64,000 bases of DNA from Chiloscyllium plagiosum (GCF_004010195.1 NC_057728.1:44578381-44642380), one strand, 5' to 3'. Counted from the stretch's first letter, positions 35,632 to 49,628 are shown. Numbers and translations: made by a program. Notes: generated by a model not told the origin, from the sequence alone.

Positions 35632-37777
35632 AACACACACAAACACACACACACATATCACTGTCCTCACATAGACACACACACACACACATATCACTGT
35701 CCTCACATAGACACACACACACACATCATTGTCCTCACATAGACACACACACACATCACTGTCCTCACGTAGACAGACACACACAAATCACTGTCCTCAC
35801 ATAGACACACTCATCACTGTCCTCACATAGACACACACACACATATCACTGTCCTCACATAGGCACACACACACATCATTGTCCTCACATAAACACACAC
35901 ACATACACATATCACTGTCCTCACATAGACACACACACATACACATATCACTGTCCTCACATAGGCACATACACACATCACTGTCCTCACATAGACACAC
36001 ACATATCACTGTCCTCACATAGACACACATACACATATCACTGTCCTCACATAGACACACATACACACATCACTGCCCTCACATAGACACACACACACAC
36101 ATGTATCACTGTCCTCACATAGACACAAATACACACATCAGTGTCCTCACATAGGCATACACACATAGCATTGTCTGTCCCCACATAGACACAAATACAC
36201 ACATCACTGTCCTTACATAGGCACACACACATAGCATTGTCCTCACATAGACACACATATAACACATCACTGTCCTCACATAGACACACACACACATATA
36301 TCACTGTCCTCACATAGACACACATACACACATATCACTGTCCTCGCNNNNNNNNNNNNNNNNNNNNNNNNNNNNNNNNNNNNNNNNNNNNNNNNNNNNN
36401 NNNNNNNNNNNNNNNNNNNNNNNNNNNNNNNNNNNNNNNNNNNNNNNNNNNNNNNNNNNNNNNNNNNNNNNNNNNNNNNNNNNNNNNNNNNNNNNNNNNN
36501 NNNNNNNNNNNNNNNNNNNNNNNNNNNNNNNNNNNNNNNNNNNNNNNNNNNNNNNNNNNNNNNNNNNNNNNNNNNNNNNNNNNNNNNNNNNNNNNNNNNN
36601 NNNNNNNNNNNNNNNNNNNNNNNNNNNNNNNNNNNNNNNNNNNNNNNNNNNNNNNNNNNNNNNNNNNNNNNNNNNNNNNNNNNNNNNNNNNNNNNNNNNN
36701 NNNNNNNNNNNNNNNNNNNNNNNNNNNNNNNNNNNNNNNNNNNNNNNNNNNNNNNNNNNNNNNNNNNNNNNNNNNNNNNNNNNNNNNNNNNNNNNNNNNN
36801 NNNNNNNNNNNNNNNNNNNNNNNNNNNNNNNNNNNNNNNNNNNNNNNNNNNNNNNNNNNNNNNNNNNNNNNNNNNNNNNNNNNNNNNNNNNNNNNNNNNN
36901 NNNNNNNNNNNNNNNNNNNNNNNNNNNNNNNNNNNNNNNNNNNNNNNNNNNNNNNNNNNNNNNNNNNNNNNNNNNNNNNNNNNNNNNNNNNNNNNNNNNN
37001 NNNNNNNNNNNNNNNNNNNNNNNNNNNNNNNNNNNNNNNNNNNNNNNNNNNNNNNNNNNNNNNNNNNNNNNNNNNNNNNNNNNNNNNNNNNNNNNNNNNN
37101 NNNNNNNNNNNNNNNNNNNNNNNNNNNNNNNNNNNNNNNNNNNNNNNNNNNNNNNNNNNNNNNNNNNNNNNNNNNNNNNNNNNNNNNNNNNNNNNNNNNN
37201 NNNNNNNNNNNNNNNNNNNNNNNNNNNNNNNNNNNNNNNNNNNNNNNNNNNNNNNNNNNNNNNNNNNNNNNNNCACACACACATCACTGTCCTCACATAG
37301 ACACACACACACAAATCACTGTTCTCACATAGACACACACACATATCACTGTGCCAAAAAATGGACACACACACAAATATCACTGTACTCACATAGACAC
37401 ACACACATCACTGTCCTCACATAGACACACACACACAAATCACTCTCCTCACATAGACACACACACGTACACATATCACTGTACTCACATAGACACAGAC
37501 ACGCACACATCACTATCCTCACATAGACACACACATATACACATCACTGTCCTCACATAGACACACACACACAAATCACTCTCCTCACATAGACACACAC
37601 ACGTACACATATCACTGTCCTCACATAGACACATACACACGCACACATCACTGTCCTCACGTAGACACACACTCACACACACATCACTGTCCTCACCTAG
37701 ACACACACACACACACATATCACTGTCCTCACATAGACACACTCATACACACATCACTGTCCTCACATAGACACACC
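35632..37777. repeat. CA-rich minisatellite, unit ~ATCACTGTCCTCACATAGA(CA)n, about 26-40 bp
   Basis: Dozens of tandem copies on both sides of the gap. Confidence 0.98.
36348..37273. other. Assembly gap (926 N)
   Basis: Run of N inside the minisatellite. Confidence 1.
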
Positions 37778-37849
37778 CCTATTGCAGTCTTGTCATGAAA
37801 ATTAGAGCTTTCGATTGTGCAATTGAATCACTGCATGAGGGAGCACAAA

Positions 37850-38320
37850 AGGAGATGCCATTCTTTCTAACACATATGCTAATATTGCAACGAATTTAAT
37901 CAATTCCACTCCTCTATCTTTTCCTCAGTAACCTGTAAATTTTGCCCCTCCAAGTATTCATCCAATTTCCCTTTGTAGATGACCACAGACTCATCCTTTT
38001 AGATGGTGCATTCCAGATAACCATAACCTGTTATGTATTTTTCCCCACTTTAAGTCAGCAGTGGTTGCATTGTCAGGTCCATTAAATTGGTATCCTCTGG
38101 TTGCAGACTCATCTCCCTTGATTTAATCTATCAAATTTCCCCTTAGCCTCCTTTGCTTTTGCTACATAAACTGAAATTCTTCACCCCAGGTAGCATTTGA
38201 CTAAACCTCCTATACACCCTCCCCAAGACTTTGACATCATTCTGAATATATGATGTCTGGAATAGGCGACAATACTGCAGCTGGTGTCTAACCTATTGAA
38301 TAAATAATTTTCTTGCTGAC
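37850..38320 (-). mobile_element. CR1 3' fragment (old)
   Basis: Reverse complement QVMVIWNAP, FDRLN and L..QLQYC motifs. Confidence 0.65.
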
Positions 38321-39629
38321 TCACATTTCCCTTGTTTGTTATCATGATTACAGTAATAACACAGCAGACTGTTGTAAAGGTCATATTTCTAATTTGCTCC
38401 ATGGACTGAGAAATTACTGAGCCAGCTGGCGATAGATAAGAAAGATCCTGAAGAAAAACTACGTGAATGGCTAATTGAGGACTTGCCTTGGCATTCTGCT
38501 GCTTTCATGACTAAATATTGTGACTTTGCCAGTGCAGACCTCTGTATCATATGGGGATATTGGAAAAATACCTGATTTGAGCTGTGATTGAAAATATTAG
38601 CAAATGTAATTACTTATGCTGGAAAAATAAACTCGATAGATCTTTAGCAATGTTCATTGCAGATTAAGAATGTAATTTTAAAATCTGTGTGCAATTACAT
38701 TGTTAATTATTGGATCATGATGCAATATGAGGTCTATTTTTCTCCATTTGCGAAATTTCAGTGAAGAGAATGAGCACGATTATAAAACGACGATTTCATT
38801 CTTTACTCACATTTATTTTTGTATTAAGATTAATGAATCCACTGTAGGAAAGGTAACCCCTTCCTGACTTAAGGCTTGCAATTTGTAGTAATGGATTCCA
38901 TCCATGTGCATCCTCCATCACTTTGGTTGTTAAAGATAACACAATACTAAACTTTCAATCCAATTTAAATGTATCCTTTCTCTATTTTAAGTAAGGAAAA
39001 CGAGTGTGTAATTTTCAGCATTTGAAACCCTAGTAATATTGAGCCTTGGACATTAGCCCTGGATGGAAGCCATTAATGGTAATTGTACACAGGAGCATAG
39101 AACAACTTGGGTATTATTGTGAGTCAATTTGAGCTGTAATCAGCAAACCAACCATCTGTAATACTTAGCTGGTTAAGGATATGCAATGCAGTGCTATGAA
39201 AGTGGCAAAAATATAACTAATGATTAATTGTACAATTAGCGGATTATTATTTGATAATTAAGATACTATTCAGGGAAAACTTTCTATTCATAGACTCTGT
39301 TCATGTTCACAGCAGAAAGATGCTTTGCATAAAGCATATTGGCACCTCTACAAACTGAAACTGGCAAGTTTGTGTGTGATGTGAATACTCAGAAGCAGAA
39401 AACACACAGGCAGCAACTACTAGCACAAAGCTTGTATTACACAATACTTCAGTTTCTCCAAAAACAATAAGTGTACCAAACGCTTTGTAATGCTTTGCAG
39501 AATTGTTAACTGGGGTCTGGCAAAATATGTGAGCAGTAATTCCATGGAGCCCTCTTTTTCATCTCAGCATGGAAGTAGGCAGTCAAAACAAATTTCAGGA
39601 AGAGAAACAGTTTATATGGCATTTTTGGG

Positions 39630-40560
39630 ATACCAAAGATGGGTTGCAAAAAATATCATCCCAACTTTTATCATGCCATAGATACATGGGAAATTTATGA
39701 TGTTGTATCTGAGTCAATTGAAAAATAACCATACATTCTAAGCCCACTTTCTCGTTTGTATTTCCTGGCTTTGTATTTAGATTGCACATCCAAGTACTTC
39801 TGAAATGAAATGAAGATTTCTGCTTGTGCCACCCTTTCAGGCAATGAGTTCCAGACCCCACTAACATGTGACTGAAAAAACATTCTTCTCAATTCCTCTC
39901 TAATTCTTTTGCCATTTGCTTTAAATCTTCCCTCGCCCCACACCCCCTGATTTCCTGCTCTGCTAATAGAAATAGTCCTTCCCATCCACTTGAACTTGGT
40001 CCCATGTGATTTCAAACACTTCAAGCGAACCCATCACCTCTCTTCAGCCTCCTCCATTCCAAACAAAACAACCCCAGCCTATCTGTTCTTTCCTCATAGC
40101 TAAAATATTCCACTTCAAGTCATTTCTTGTATGATCTCAACTGATGGAAATGCTGGTCAAAGAGATTTCATAATTAACTCTGGCTTTATGGAACCTCAAC
40201 TTGTTTTCTTTTGCTATTTGTTTACCATGGTAATCAATCATTGAAAATATTACCACTCACAGAACAAATCTAAAAAGAAACTGAAAACCATATTCCTCTC
40301 TCTTTTCAACACAAAACCTCACTTCTACATCCTCTCCAGTAGAATCAGTGAACAGAACTGTACACTGTTCTCTAGCTGTGGCCTAACTATTAACTAACAG
40401 CAAATGCTTCCTGCTTTTACAATTCAAACCTCAACTAATCAGAGAAAGTTTTGACTATTCCTTAACTACCTTATCTAGTATCCAGCAAGCTTCAGGGATC
40501 TCTGGACCTATGTCCTTATACAATTTTCATTAGCCGAGACTTTTTAAAGTATTTCCTTGC
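39630..40560 (-). mobile_element. Old CR1 3' region (outermost layer of the nest)
   Basis: ORF 39695-40024 ELRRMFFQ...GVWNSLPERV...FQKYLD; further minus-strand RT remnants at 40330-40560. Confidence 0.75.
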
Positions 40561-42390
40561 CTTCTTTGCATACTCCATTTCTGAAAACCTGCTGCTGGTC
40601 TGATCACATTTTTAAAACATCCAACTTACCTTTTGATGACTTCTGCACTGACCCCTCTCTTATGGAGCTGGCCAGGATCCCTATAATCTAATTATGGGCA
40701 TGAGCATTGTCAAATCACACCCTACTTTTCAGCATTAGTGCCACATTTCCCAATTTAAATGTTAAGATGTAAGGTGCATATGGGATAGAATGAGATTTAG
40801 TTGGATCAAGGATTATGGAGGCGGGTAGATAACGAACAATGATTCCAGTCGGGGAAGATACAGATTGCTAGGTAAATGGATGATGCCTTAGAATCGATCA
40901 GAGAGTTGAGGCAGGGGCTGCTGTCGGGTCACTGGGGGCATTTTGGGCCAGATTGTGGGCTGGTGTTTGTCAGGTCAGGCTGGGTTTGGGACTGTTCCAT
41001 ATCTGACCAGGTGGGGTCTGTCGGGTAGATGGGTTTGTTAAATTGGGTTGTGATTGGTAGGGTCAGAGATGGAGTCAAGTCTAGTTGTCAGTTTGGGTCA
41101 GCAGTAGGCTGATCAGGGTGTGGGTGTCAGGGAGTGTCGGGTCAGGGTGGGGCAGATTGATGGTGGTGGCTGGAGTTGGGGCCTTATTATTGAAGGGGTG
41201 GGGTAGATCGTGGTGAGTAGGGGTCAGTTTACTTGTCACCCAGGAGTTAGACCAGGTTGTTAATCCTCTAATCTTTCCCAGATAACTTTAGTCTAAGTGA
41301 GTCAGAAACAACTGAATTCTATGACTTGGAAGGACTTTTGCAAAGAGTTCCAGAAACAGGGGAACTGATTAGAATTTTCAATTTCCTAGGCAATTCCCTC
41401 AGCCTCTGCTATGTCAGGACTTTGGTATGGTCCCGACATGTAACTCCCATCTAATCTGCAGAGAAGTCAATCTGGTCATCAGAATTTCAGGGCTAATACC
41501 TCACATTTCTCTGAACTGAGTTATAGTTGCCACTTGACTAGTCCAATTCTGAATTTCTGCACTTTGCAGATTTCTCCTTCACCACCAACCAGATGACCAG
41601 GTTTTTTGTACCACTGGTAAGGTTCTTTATTGTGCCATGTACAGTCCAGTTTATACCCCATATAGCAAAGGATCACTTTTAAATTCTGGGAAACCATTAG
41701 AAATAGTTTTACTGTCACAAAAACACATGTCAATTACCCTTTGCTGCAACTCTTCCTTGGGTCCCATGGGCTCTCACTTTTCTCACTGGTACTTTAGATG
41801 GGTCAGTTTTTGTCCAATATGTGCAGGAGGGCTTCATGACACAGTATGTAGACAGACCAACAAGAGGTGAGGCCACATTGGACTTATACGGGGTAATGAA
41901 CCCGACCAGGTGTTAGATTAGGTGAGCACTTTGGTGAGAGTGACCACAATTCAGTTACGTTTATGTTAGAGCTGGAAAGGTATAGGTATATGCCATCGGG
42001 CAAGAGTTACAGCTGGGTGAAAGGAAATTATGATGCAATTCGGCAAGATTTAGGATGCATAGCATGGGGAAGGAAAGTTTAGGGGATGGGCACAATTGAA
42101 ATGTGGAGCTTGTTCAAGAAAGATCTACTGCGTGTCCTTGATAAGTACGTACCTGTCAAGCAGGGAGGGAATGGTCGAGCAAGGGAACCATGGTTTACTA
42201 AAGGAGTTGATTCTCTTATCAAAAGGAAGAAAGAAGCTTATATAAAGATGAGGTGTGAAAGCTCAGTTCGGGTGCTTGAGAGTTACAAGTTAGCCAGGAA
42301 GGACCTAAAGAGAGAAGAGCCAGGAGGGGACATGAGAAGTCTTTGGCAGGTAGGATCAAGGAAAACCCTAAAGCTTTCTAGAGGCATGTG

Positions 42391-45338
42391 ACTGGTAAAT
42401 TACATTGCATTTATTTCAATGCAAAAGGCCAAACAGGGAAGGCAGATGAATTCAGGGCATAGTTAGGATCATGGGACTGGCATATCATAGCAATTACAGA
42501 AATATGGCTCAGGGATGGACAGGACTGGCAGCTTAATGTTCCAGGATACAAACGCTACAGAGAGGACAGAAAGGGAAGCAAGAGGGGAGGGGGAGTGGCG
42601 TTTTTGATAAAGGATAGCATTACAGCTGTACTGAGGGAAGATATTCCCGGAAATACATCCAGAGAAGATATTTGGGTAAAACTGAGAAATGAGAAAAGGA
42701 TGATCACCTTATTGGGATTGTATTATAGACCCCCTAATAGTCGGAGGGAAATTGAGATCACCTGATTGGGATTGTATTATAGACCCCCTAATAGTCGGAG
42801 GGAAATTGAGAAACAAACTTGTAAGGAGATCTCAGCTGTTTGTAAGAATAATAGGGTGGTTATAGTCGGGGATTTTAACTTTCCAAACATAGACTGGGAC
42901 TGCCATAGTGTTAAGGGTTTAGATGGAGAGGAATTTGTTAAGTGTGTACAAGACAATTTTTTGATTCAGTATGTGGATGTACCTACTAGAGAAGGTGCAA
43001 ATCTTGACCTACTCTTGGGAAATAAGGCAGGGCAGATGACTGAGGTGTCAGTGGGGGAGCACTTTGGAGCCAGCGACCATAATTCTTTTAGATTTAAAAT
43101 AGTGGAGGAAACGGATAGACCAGATCTAAAAGTTGAAGTTCTAAATTGGAGAAAGGCCAATTTTGACTGTATTAGGCAAGAACTTTCAAAAGCTGATTGG
43201 GGGCAGATGTTCGCAAGTGAAGGGATGGCTGGAAAATGGGAAGCCTTCAGAAATGAGATAACGAGAATCCAGAGAAAGTATTTTCCTGTAAAGGTGAAAG
43301 GAAAGGCTGGTAGCTATAGGTAATGGTGGATGACTAAAGAAATTGAGGTTTTGGTTAAGAAAAAGAAGGAAGCATATGTCAGGTATAGACAGCAGAGATC
43401 GAGTGAATTCTTAGAAGAGTAAAAGGCAGTAGGAGTATACTTAAGAGAGAAATCAGGACGGCAAAAAGGGGACATGAGATAGCTTTGGCAAATAGAGTTA
43501 AGGAGAATCCAAAGGGTTTTAATGAATACATTAAGGACAAAAGGATAACTAGGAAGACAATAGGGCCCCTCAAAGATCAGCAAGGCGGCCTTCGTGAGGA
43601 GCCACAGGAGATGGTGGAGATGCTCAATGAGTATTTAGCATCGGTATTTACTGTGGAAAAGGATATGGAAGATATGGACTGCAGGGTAATAGATGGTGAC
43701 ATCATGAAAAATGTCCATATTACAGAGGAGGAAGTGCTTGATGTCTTGAAACGCATAAAAGTGAATAAATCCCCAGGACCTGATTAGGTGTACCTGAGAA
43801 CTCTGTGGGAAGCTAGAGAAGTGATTGCTGGGTCCCTTGCTGAAATATTTCTATCATCGATAGTCACAGGTGAAGTGCCGGAAGACTGGAATTTGATTAA
43901 CGTGGTGCCACTGTTTAAGAAAGGTAGTAAGGACAAGCCAGGTAACTATAGACCAATAAGCCTGACATTGGTTGTGGGCAAGTTGTTGGAGGGAATCCTG
44001 AGGGACAGGATGTACATGTATTTGGAAAGGCGAGGACTGATTAGGGATAGTCACCATGGCTTTATGTATGGGAAATCATGTCTCACAAACTTGATTGAGT
44101 TTTTTGAAGATCTAACAAAGAGCATTGATGAGGGCAGAGCAGCAGATGTGATCACTATGGACTTCAGTAAGGCGATCGGCAAGGTTCCCCATGGGAGACT
44201 GATTAACAAGGTTAAATCTTATGGAATACAGGGAGAACTTGCCATTTGGATACAGAACTGGCTCAAAGGTAGAAGACAGAGGGTGGTGGTGGAGGGTTGT
44301 TTTTCACAATGAAGGCCTGTGACCAGTGGAGTGCCATAAGGATTGGTGCTGGGTCCACTACTTTTCATCATTTATATAAATGATTTGGAGCCAAGCAGAA
44401 GAGGTATAGTTAGTAAGTTTGCAGATGATACCAGAATTGGAGGTGTAGTGGACAGCGAAGAAGGTTACCTCAGATTACAACAGGATCTTGATCATATAGG
44501 CCAATGAGCTGAGAAGTGCCAGACGAAGTTTAATTTAGATAAATGTGAGGTGCTGCATTTTAGGAAAGCAAATCTTAGCAGGACTTATATACTTAATTGT
44601 AAGGTCCTTGGGAGTGTTGCTGAACAAAGAGACCTTGGAGTGCACATTTATAACTCCTTGAAAATGGTGTCATAGTTAGATAGAATAGTGAAGAAGGTGT
44701 TTGGTATGCTTCCCTTTATTGGTCAAAGTATTGAGTACAGGAGTTGGGAGGCCATGTTGTGGCTGTACAGGACATTGATTAGGCCACTGTTGGAATATTG
44801 CATGCAATTTTGGTTTCCTTCTTATCGGAAAGATGTTGTGAAACTTGAAAGGGTTCAGAAAATATTTCCAAGGATGTTGCTAGAGTTGGAGGATTTGAGC
44901 TATAGGGAGAGTTGACTAGACTAGGGCTGTTTTCCCTGGAGTGTTGGAGGCTGAGGGGTGACTTTATAGAGGTTTATAAATCATGAGGGTCATGGATAGG
45001 ATAAATAGACAGAAAGACTTTTCCCTGGGGTGGGGGAGTGCAGGACTAGAGGGCATAGGTTTAGGGTGAGAGGGGAAGATATAAAAGAGACCTAAGGGGC
45101 AATGTTTTCATGCAGGGGGTGGTACGTGTATGGAATGAGCTGCCAGGGGAAATCGTGGTGGCAAGTACAATTGCAACATTTACAAGGCATCTGAATGGGT
45201 ATATGAATAGGAAGGGTTTGGAGGGATATGGGCCAGTGCTGGCAGGTGGGTTTAGATTGTATTAGGATATCTGGTCAGCATGGACGAGATGCACTGAAGG
45301 GTCTGTTTCTGTGCTGTACTTCTCTATGACTCTATGAC
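42391..45338 (+). mobile_element. CR1 subfamily B with essentially complete but disrupted ORF2, nested in subfamily A
   Basis: CIYFNAKG, YYRPPNS, VGDFNFPNIDW, ASDHNS, GNYRPISL and SKFADDT motifs; (CTATGACT)n tail. Confidence 0.97.
42702..42809 (+). repeat. 54 bp in-frame tandem duplication in the CR1 endonuclease
   Basis: 42702-42755 and 42756-42809 differ at one base. Confidence 0.95.
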
Positions 45339-47099
45339 TATGTCAGGAATAAAAGAATGATGAGGATAAGATTAGGGCCACTCAAGAACAGTGGTGGGAA
45401 GTTGTGCATGGAGTTCAAAGAGATTGGAGAAGCACTAAAAGAATATTTTTCATTAGTATTCACACAGGAGAAAGACAATGGTGTGAAGGAGAATACTGAG
45501 ATAGATTAGACTAGAAGGGATTGAGGTTAATAAGGTGGAGGTGTTAGCAATTCTGGAAAGTGTATAAATAGATAAATTACCTTGGCCGGATCGGATTTAT
45601 CCTAGGATTCTCTGGGAAGCTAGGGAGGAGATTGCAGAGAATTTGGCTTTGATCTTTATGTCAACATTGTTTACAAGAATAATGCCAGAAGACTGGAGGA
45701 TCGTAAATGTTGTCCCCTTGTTCAAGAAAGGTAGTAGAGACAACCCTGGTAATTGTAGACCAGTGAGCCTTACTTTGGTTGTGGACAAAGTTTTGGAAAT
45801 GATTATAATAGATACGATTTATAATCATTTAGAAAGGAATAATTTGACTAGGGATAGTCAACACAAGTTTGTGAAGGGTAGGTTTTGCCACACAAACATT
45901 GTTGAGTTCTTTGAGAAGGTGACCAAAAAAGTGAATGAAGGTAAAGCAGTTAATGTGGTGTACATGTATTTTAGTAAAGCATCTGGTAAGGTTCCCCACA
46001 GTAGGCTATTGCAGAAAATATGGAGCATGGGATTGTGTGTGATTTAGCCATTTGGATCAGACATTGGCTAGCTGTAAGAACACAGAGGGTGGTGATTAAT
46101 GGGAAATGTTCATCTTGGAGTTCAGTTACTAGTGGTGTACCGCAAGGATCTGTTTTGGGGCCACTCCTGTTTGTCACTTTTATAAATGGTCTGGATGTGG
46201 GCATAGAAGGAAGGGTTAGTAAATTTGCAAATGACACTAAAGTCGATGGAATTGTGGACAGTGCAGAAGGATATTGTAGGTTAAGAGGGACATAGATAAG
46301 CTGCAAAGCTGGGCTAAGAGGTGGCAAATGGAGTTTAACATGAAAAAGTGTGAGGTGATTCACTTTGGAAGGAGTAACAGGAATACAAAGTATTTAACTA
46401 ATGGTAAGATTCTTGGTAGCGTGGATGAACAAAGTGAATTCGGTGTCCATGTGCGTAGATCCTTGTAAGTTGCCACCGAGGTTGATAGGGTTGTTAAGAA
46501 GGCAGTGTGTTAGCTTTTATTGGTGGAAAGATTGAGTTTTGGAGTCATGAGGTCATGTTGCAGCTGTATAAAATTCAAGTGTGACCACACTTGGAGTATT
46601 GCATACATTTCTGGTCACCGCATTATAGGAAGGATATGGAAGCATTCGAAAGGGTACAGAGATTTACCAGGATGCTGTCTGGTATGGAGGGAAGGTCTAA
46701 TGAGGAAAGGCTGAGGGACTTGAGGTTGTTTTCATTACAGAGGTGAAGGTTAAGAGGTGACCTAATAGAGGCATACAAAATGATCAGAGGATTAAATAGG
46801 GTGGACAGTGAGAGGCTTTTTCCTCGGATGGTGATGGCTAGCACGAGGGGACATAACTTTAAATTGAGGGCTGATAGATATAGGTCAGAAGTTGGTTCTT
46901 TACTCAGAGAGTAGTAAAAGCATGGAATACCCTGCCTGCAACAGTAGTGGACTCGCCAACATTATGGGCATTTAAATGGTCATTGGCGAAACATATGAAT
47001 GATTTTGAAATGGTGTCGGTTAAATGGGTCTTAGATTGGTTTCTAAGGTCGGCGCAACATCGAGGGCCAAAGGGCCTGTAAGGTTCTGTGTTCTATGTT

Positions 47100-47980
47100 C
47101 ACCTGTCTGCCATTTGGAACCTTTATAAAAGCCTTGCTAAGGCTTATTTAGTCTGCATTAAACTTGCTAGCTTAATTGACACTCCTTGTTACTGCTTCTA
47201 AAAAATTCAGTTGTCAGTCACAGCCAACCCTCTCTTAATAAATCCATGTTGATTGTCACTGATAGTTTTGTGTCTTTCTAAAAAATGATGTATTCTGTCT
47301 CTCAGAGATCTTTCCAAATGCTTGCTTACCACGAAGGTTCAGCTGACTGGACAATAATTGCTTGTTCTGTCCCTGCATCTTTCCCTTTTAACACAATCCC
47401 TTTTTACACCTGGTCTGACCTACATGAGATTTCAGATCCACATCACTGTGGTTGACTCTCAACTGCCCTCTGAAATGGCCACTTACTTCAGCGTCAGCTG
47501 GAGTCTGGCAATAAATGCTGGCCAGCCAGCAACACCCACGAGTGAATATTATAAAAAAACACAATGGTTCATTTTTTGCTGTTCTCCAGTCCAATGGCAT
47601 CATGGTGTATTCAGAAAATTATTGTTGGAACTTTTACTTTTTCCTCCTTTGGTTCATTTACCAATTTGGAATACATTCCTCCTGAGTCCTCCAATTTATC
47701 TGCATTCACATGTATGAATCCCTCATATTTCCTCTCTCACCATGTTTACTTGATTGGATATTCTCGAAACCCTTTCTTAACTATGCTGTTTCTTTGTGAA
47801 GACAGAAGAAAAACTCATTAATACCCTTAGCAAAATCAATTTCCTCTGCACACAAGTATCTTTTTTGGTGTCCAATAGCTTACACTTTCCTTGGTTATAA
47901 CTTTGCCCTTAATTTAGTGTACTTATTAAACATCTTTGGTTTTTCTTCGAATACACTTGTTAACATTTTTTCTTGATCGC
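47100..47980 (-). mobile_element. Old CR1 RT remnant continuing the element cut at ~41790, interrupted by a SINE
   Basis: Reverse complement NYCPVS, QHGFIKRG and SKAFIKVPNG motifs. Confidence 0.75.
47403..47560 (+). mobile_element. SINE 3' fragment with L2/Crack-like LINE tail
   Basis: CCTGGTCTGACCTACATG...TGTGGTTGACTCTCAACTGCCCTCTG...GGCAATAAATGCTGGCC...A-tail; similar tails at ~16680, ~24115 and ~33915. Confidence 0.7.
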
Positions 47981-49280
47981 TGTGATGATCATTTAATTGT
48001 AATACTGTATATTTTCAAAAGTAGGTTTATTGACTTTTTAAACAGTAGGTACAGCATATAAAAATGACGTCAGGAGCCATTCCCTGTTGATTCGTTGCCA
48101 GCCAAAGGCAGACAGATTGGTAAGTTACCTCAGCATCAATCACAGAGAGAACCATTCTGAATTCAATTAACTTTTAAACAACACAATGGTCCTTTTTAAA
48201 AGATGCAACCATTCACTAATACCTGAACATATTTGTTCTGATCCGTCTCTATCTCCTCCTTCAATTCCTTTGAGTAACTGTTACCAATCAACTTTTGTCA
48301 AATCAAAACTCATCTTGACAAAAACACCCAAGACAGGCCTTGGTCAATTCATGGAGTGCCATAATTATACTATATTTAAGTAAATCATGATTCACCATTT
48401 AAGTAAGGCCCTCCTAAAACATATTTCCATCTGCTTTTCTGACAAGATTCAGGTGAGTTTTCATAAGATTTTATGGTCCCAGATAGGATTCTCTAAATTA
48501 CCAAATTACCAGATAAGCAGGAACGAATCAGTTCCTCATCTTTATTCATCCCTTAGATGGTTAATTTTACAAAGAATGTTTTTCTTTGTATTTGTCTTTC
48601 TCACAGACAAATTAATTTATGTTTTAAAATGAGCCATTTTAATCAGGCTTTTGTGAATGAATAGTAATTACTAACAAGTGAGTTTATTAATCACGAAACA
48701 CAAGAAAAACTAATAATGCAACATACACATATAATGGAATTGAGAAATGAATCTCAATCTCCAAGTCATTTGTGAAGAATAGAGAGTGAAGCACCGATTG
48801 TCAAGTAGTCAACGTTTAGATTCTTGGCTTTGCAATTTGACTGAAATTCTTTTGTCCGACTTCCTTGTGGCTAGCTTACTGGCTAGCTGGCGTGTAGCTC
48901 TTCGAGTTTTATAGTGACTAGTGGGTGGTTCTTCAACTGTACCCTTCACAGTATATTAGTGTTCAAACTGAGGCTAGAACACACAACTACCTCAGCCCTC
49001 TGGCTTGTATGAGTACCTCAATTCCCTAACACATATTTTTTCATTAATGCATTCAGACCAGGATTGATCGAGCTTTTAATCTATGCTCTTGTGTATTTTT
49101 GCAAGAAGCTAAACTACTGTTTCTTCTCCCATCATGAGCACAGTTTAAGATAATACTTGGGAGATTAAAGTTCTGTTTGAAATGGATTCCCCCGCTATCC
49201 CTTTGAAGCTTCCTTGACAGCTCATCAGACATGACATTCCAGGGTCTCTTTCTCCAAATAGTCATTGAATTTATATTCAC

Positions 49281-49628
49281 AGTCATAGAATCTCCACATT
49301 GTGGAAGCAGGCCTTTGAGTACTCACAGACCCCTCCGAAGTGCAGTCCATGCAGACACATTCCCCTACCCTATCCTTGTAATCCTGCATTTCCCATGGCT
49401 AATCCACCTTGTCTACACATCCCTGGACACAATGGACTATTTAGCATTGCCAATCCACTTAACCTGCATATCTTTGGACTGAAGGAGGAAACCAGAGCAC
49501 CCAGAGGAAACCCACACAGACATGGAGAGAATTTGCAAACTCCACACAGACAGTCGTTCGAGGGTGGAATCAAACCCGGGTCCCTGGCACTGTGGGGCAG
49601 TAATGCTAACCACTGAGCCTCTGTGCTT
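49281..49628 (-). mobile_element. HE1-type V-SINE
   Basis: Reverse complement of the 29586-29903 family (GCTCAGTGGTTAGCA, TGTGTGGAGTTTGCA). Confidence 0.9.

Larger units (their letters stand above)
41790..47100 (+). mobile_element. CR1 subfamily A (41790-42390 and 45339-47100) hosting a nested CR1
   Basis: NPKAF.R|YVRNKRM is split at 42390/45339; RT motifs; tail GTTCTGTGTTCTATGTTC; related to 1636-2977 and 29150-31700. Confidence 0.95.

Noticed and set aside
35797..37742. Cys/Val-rich and X-filled ORFs
   Set aside because: Translations of the minisatellite and the N gap
35632..37777. Repeat-spacer pattern resembling a CRISPR array
   Set aside because: Spacers are only variable CA tracts, there are no cas genes, and the context is vertebrate
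38811..38841. 31 nt minus-strand micro-exon (CCTACAG...GTGAGT)
   Set aside because: Non-frame-preserving, no recognisable peptide, and indistinguishable from chance without RNA data
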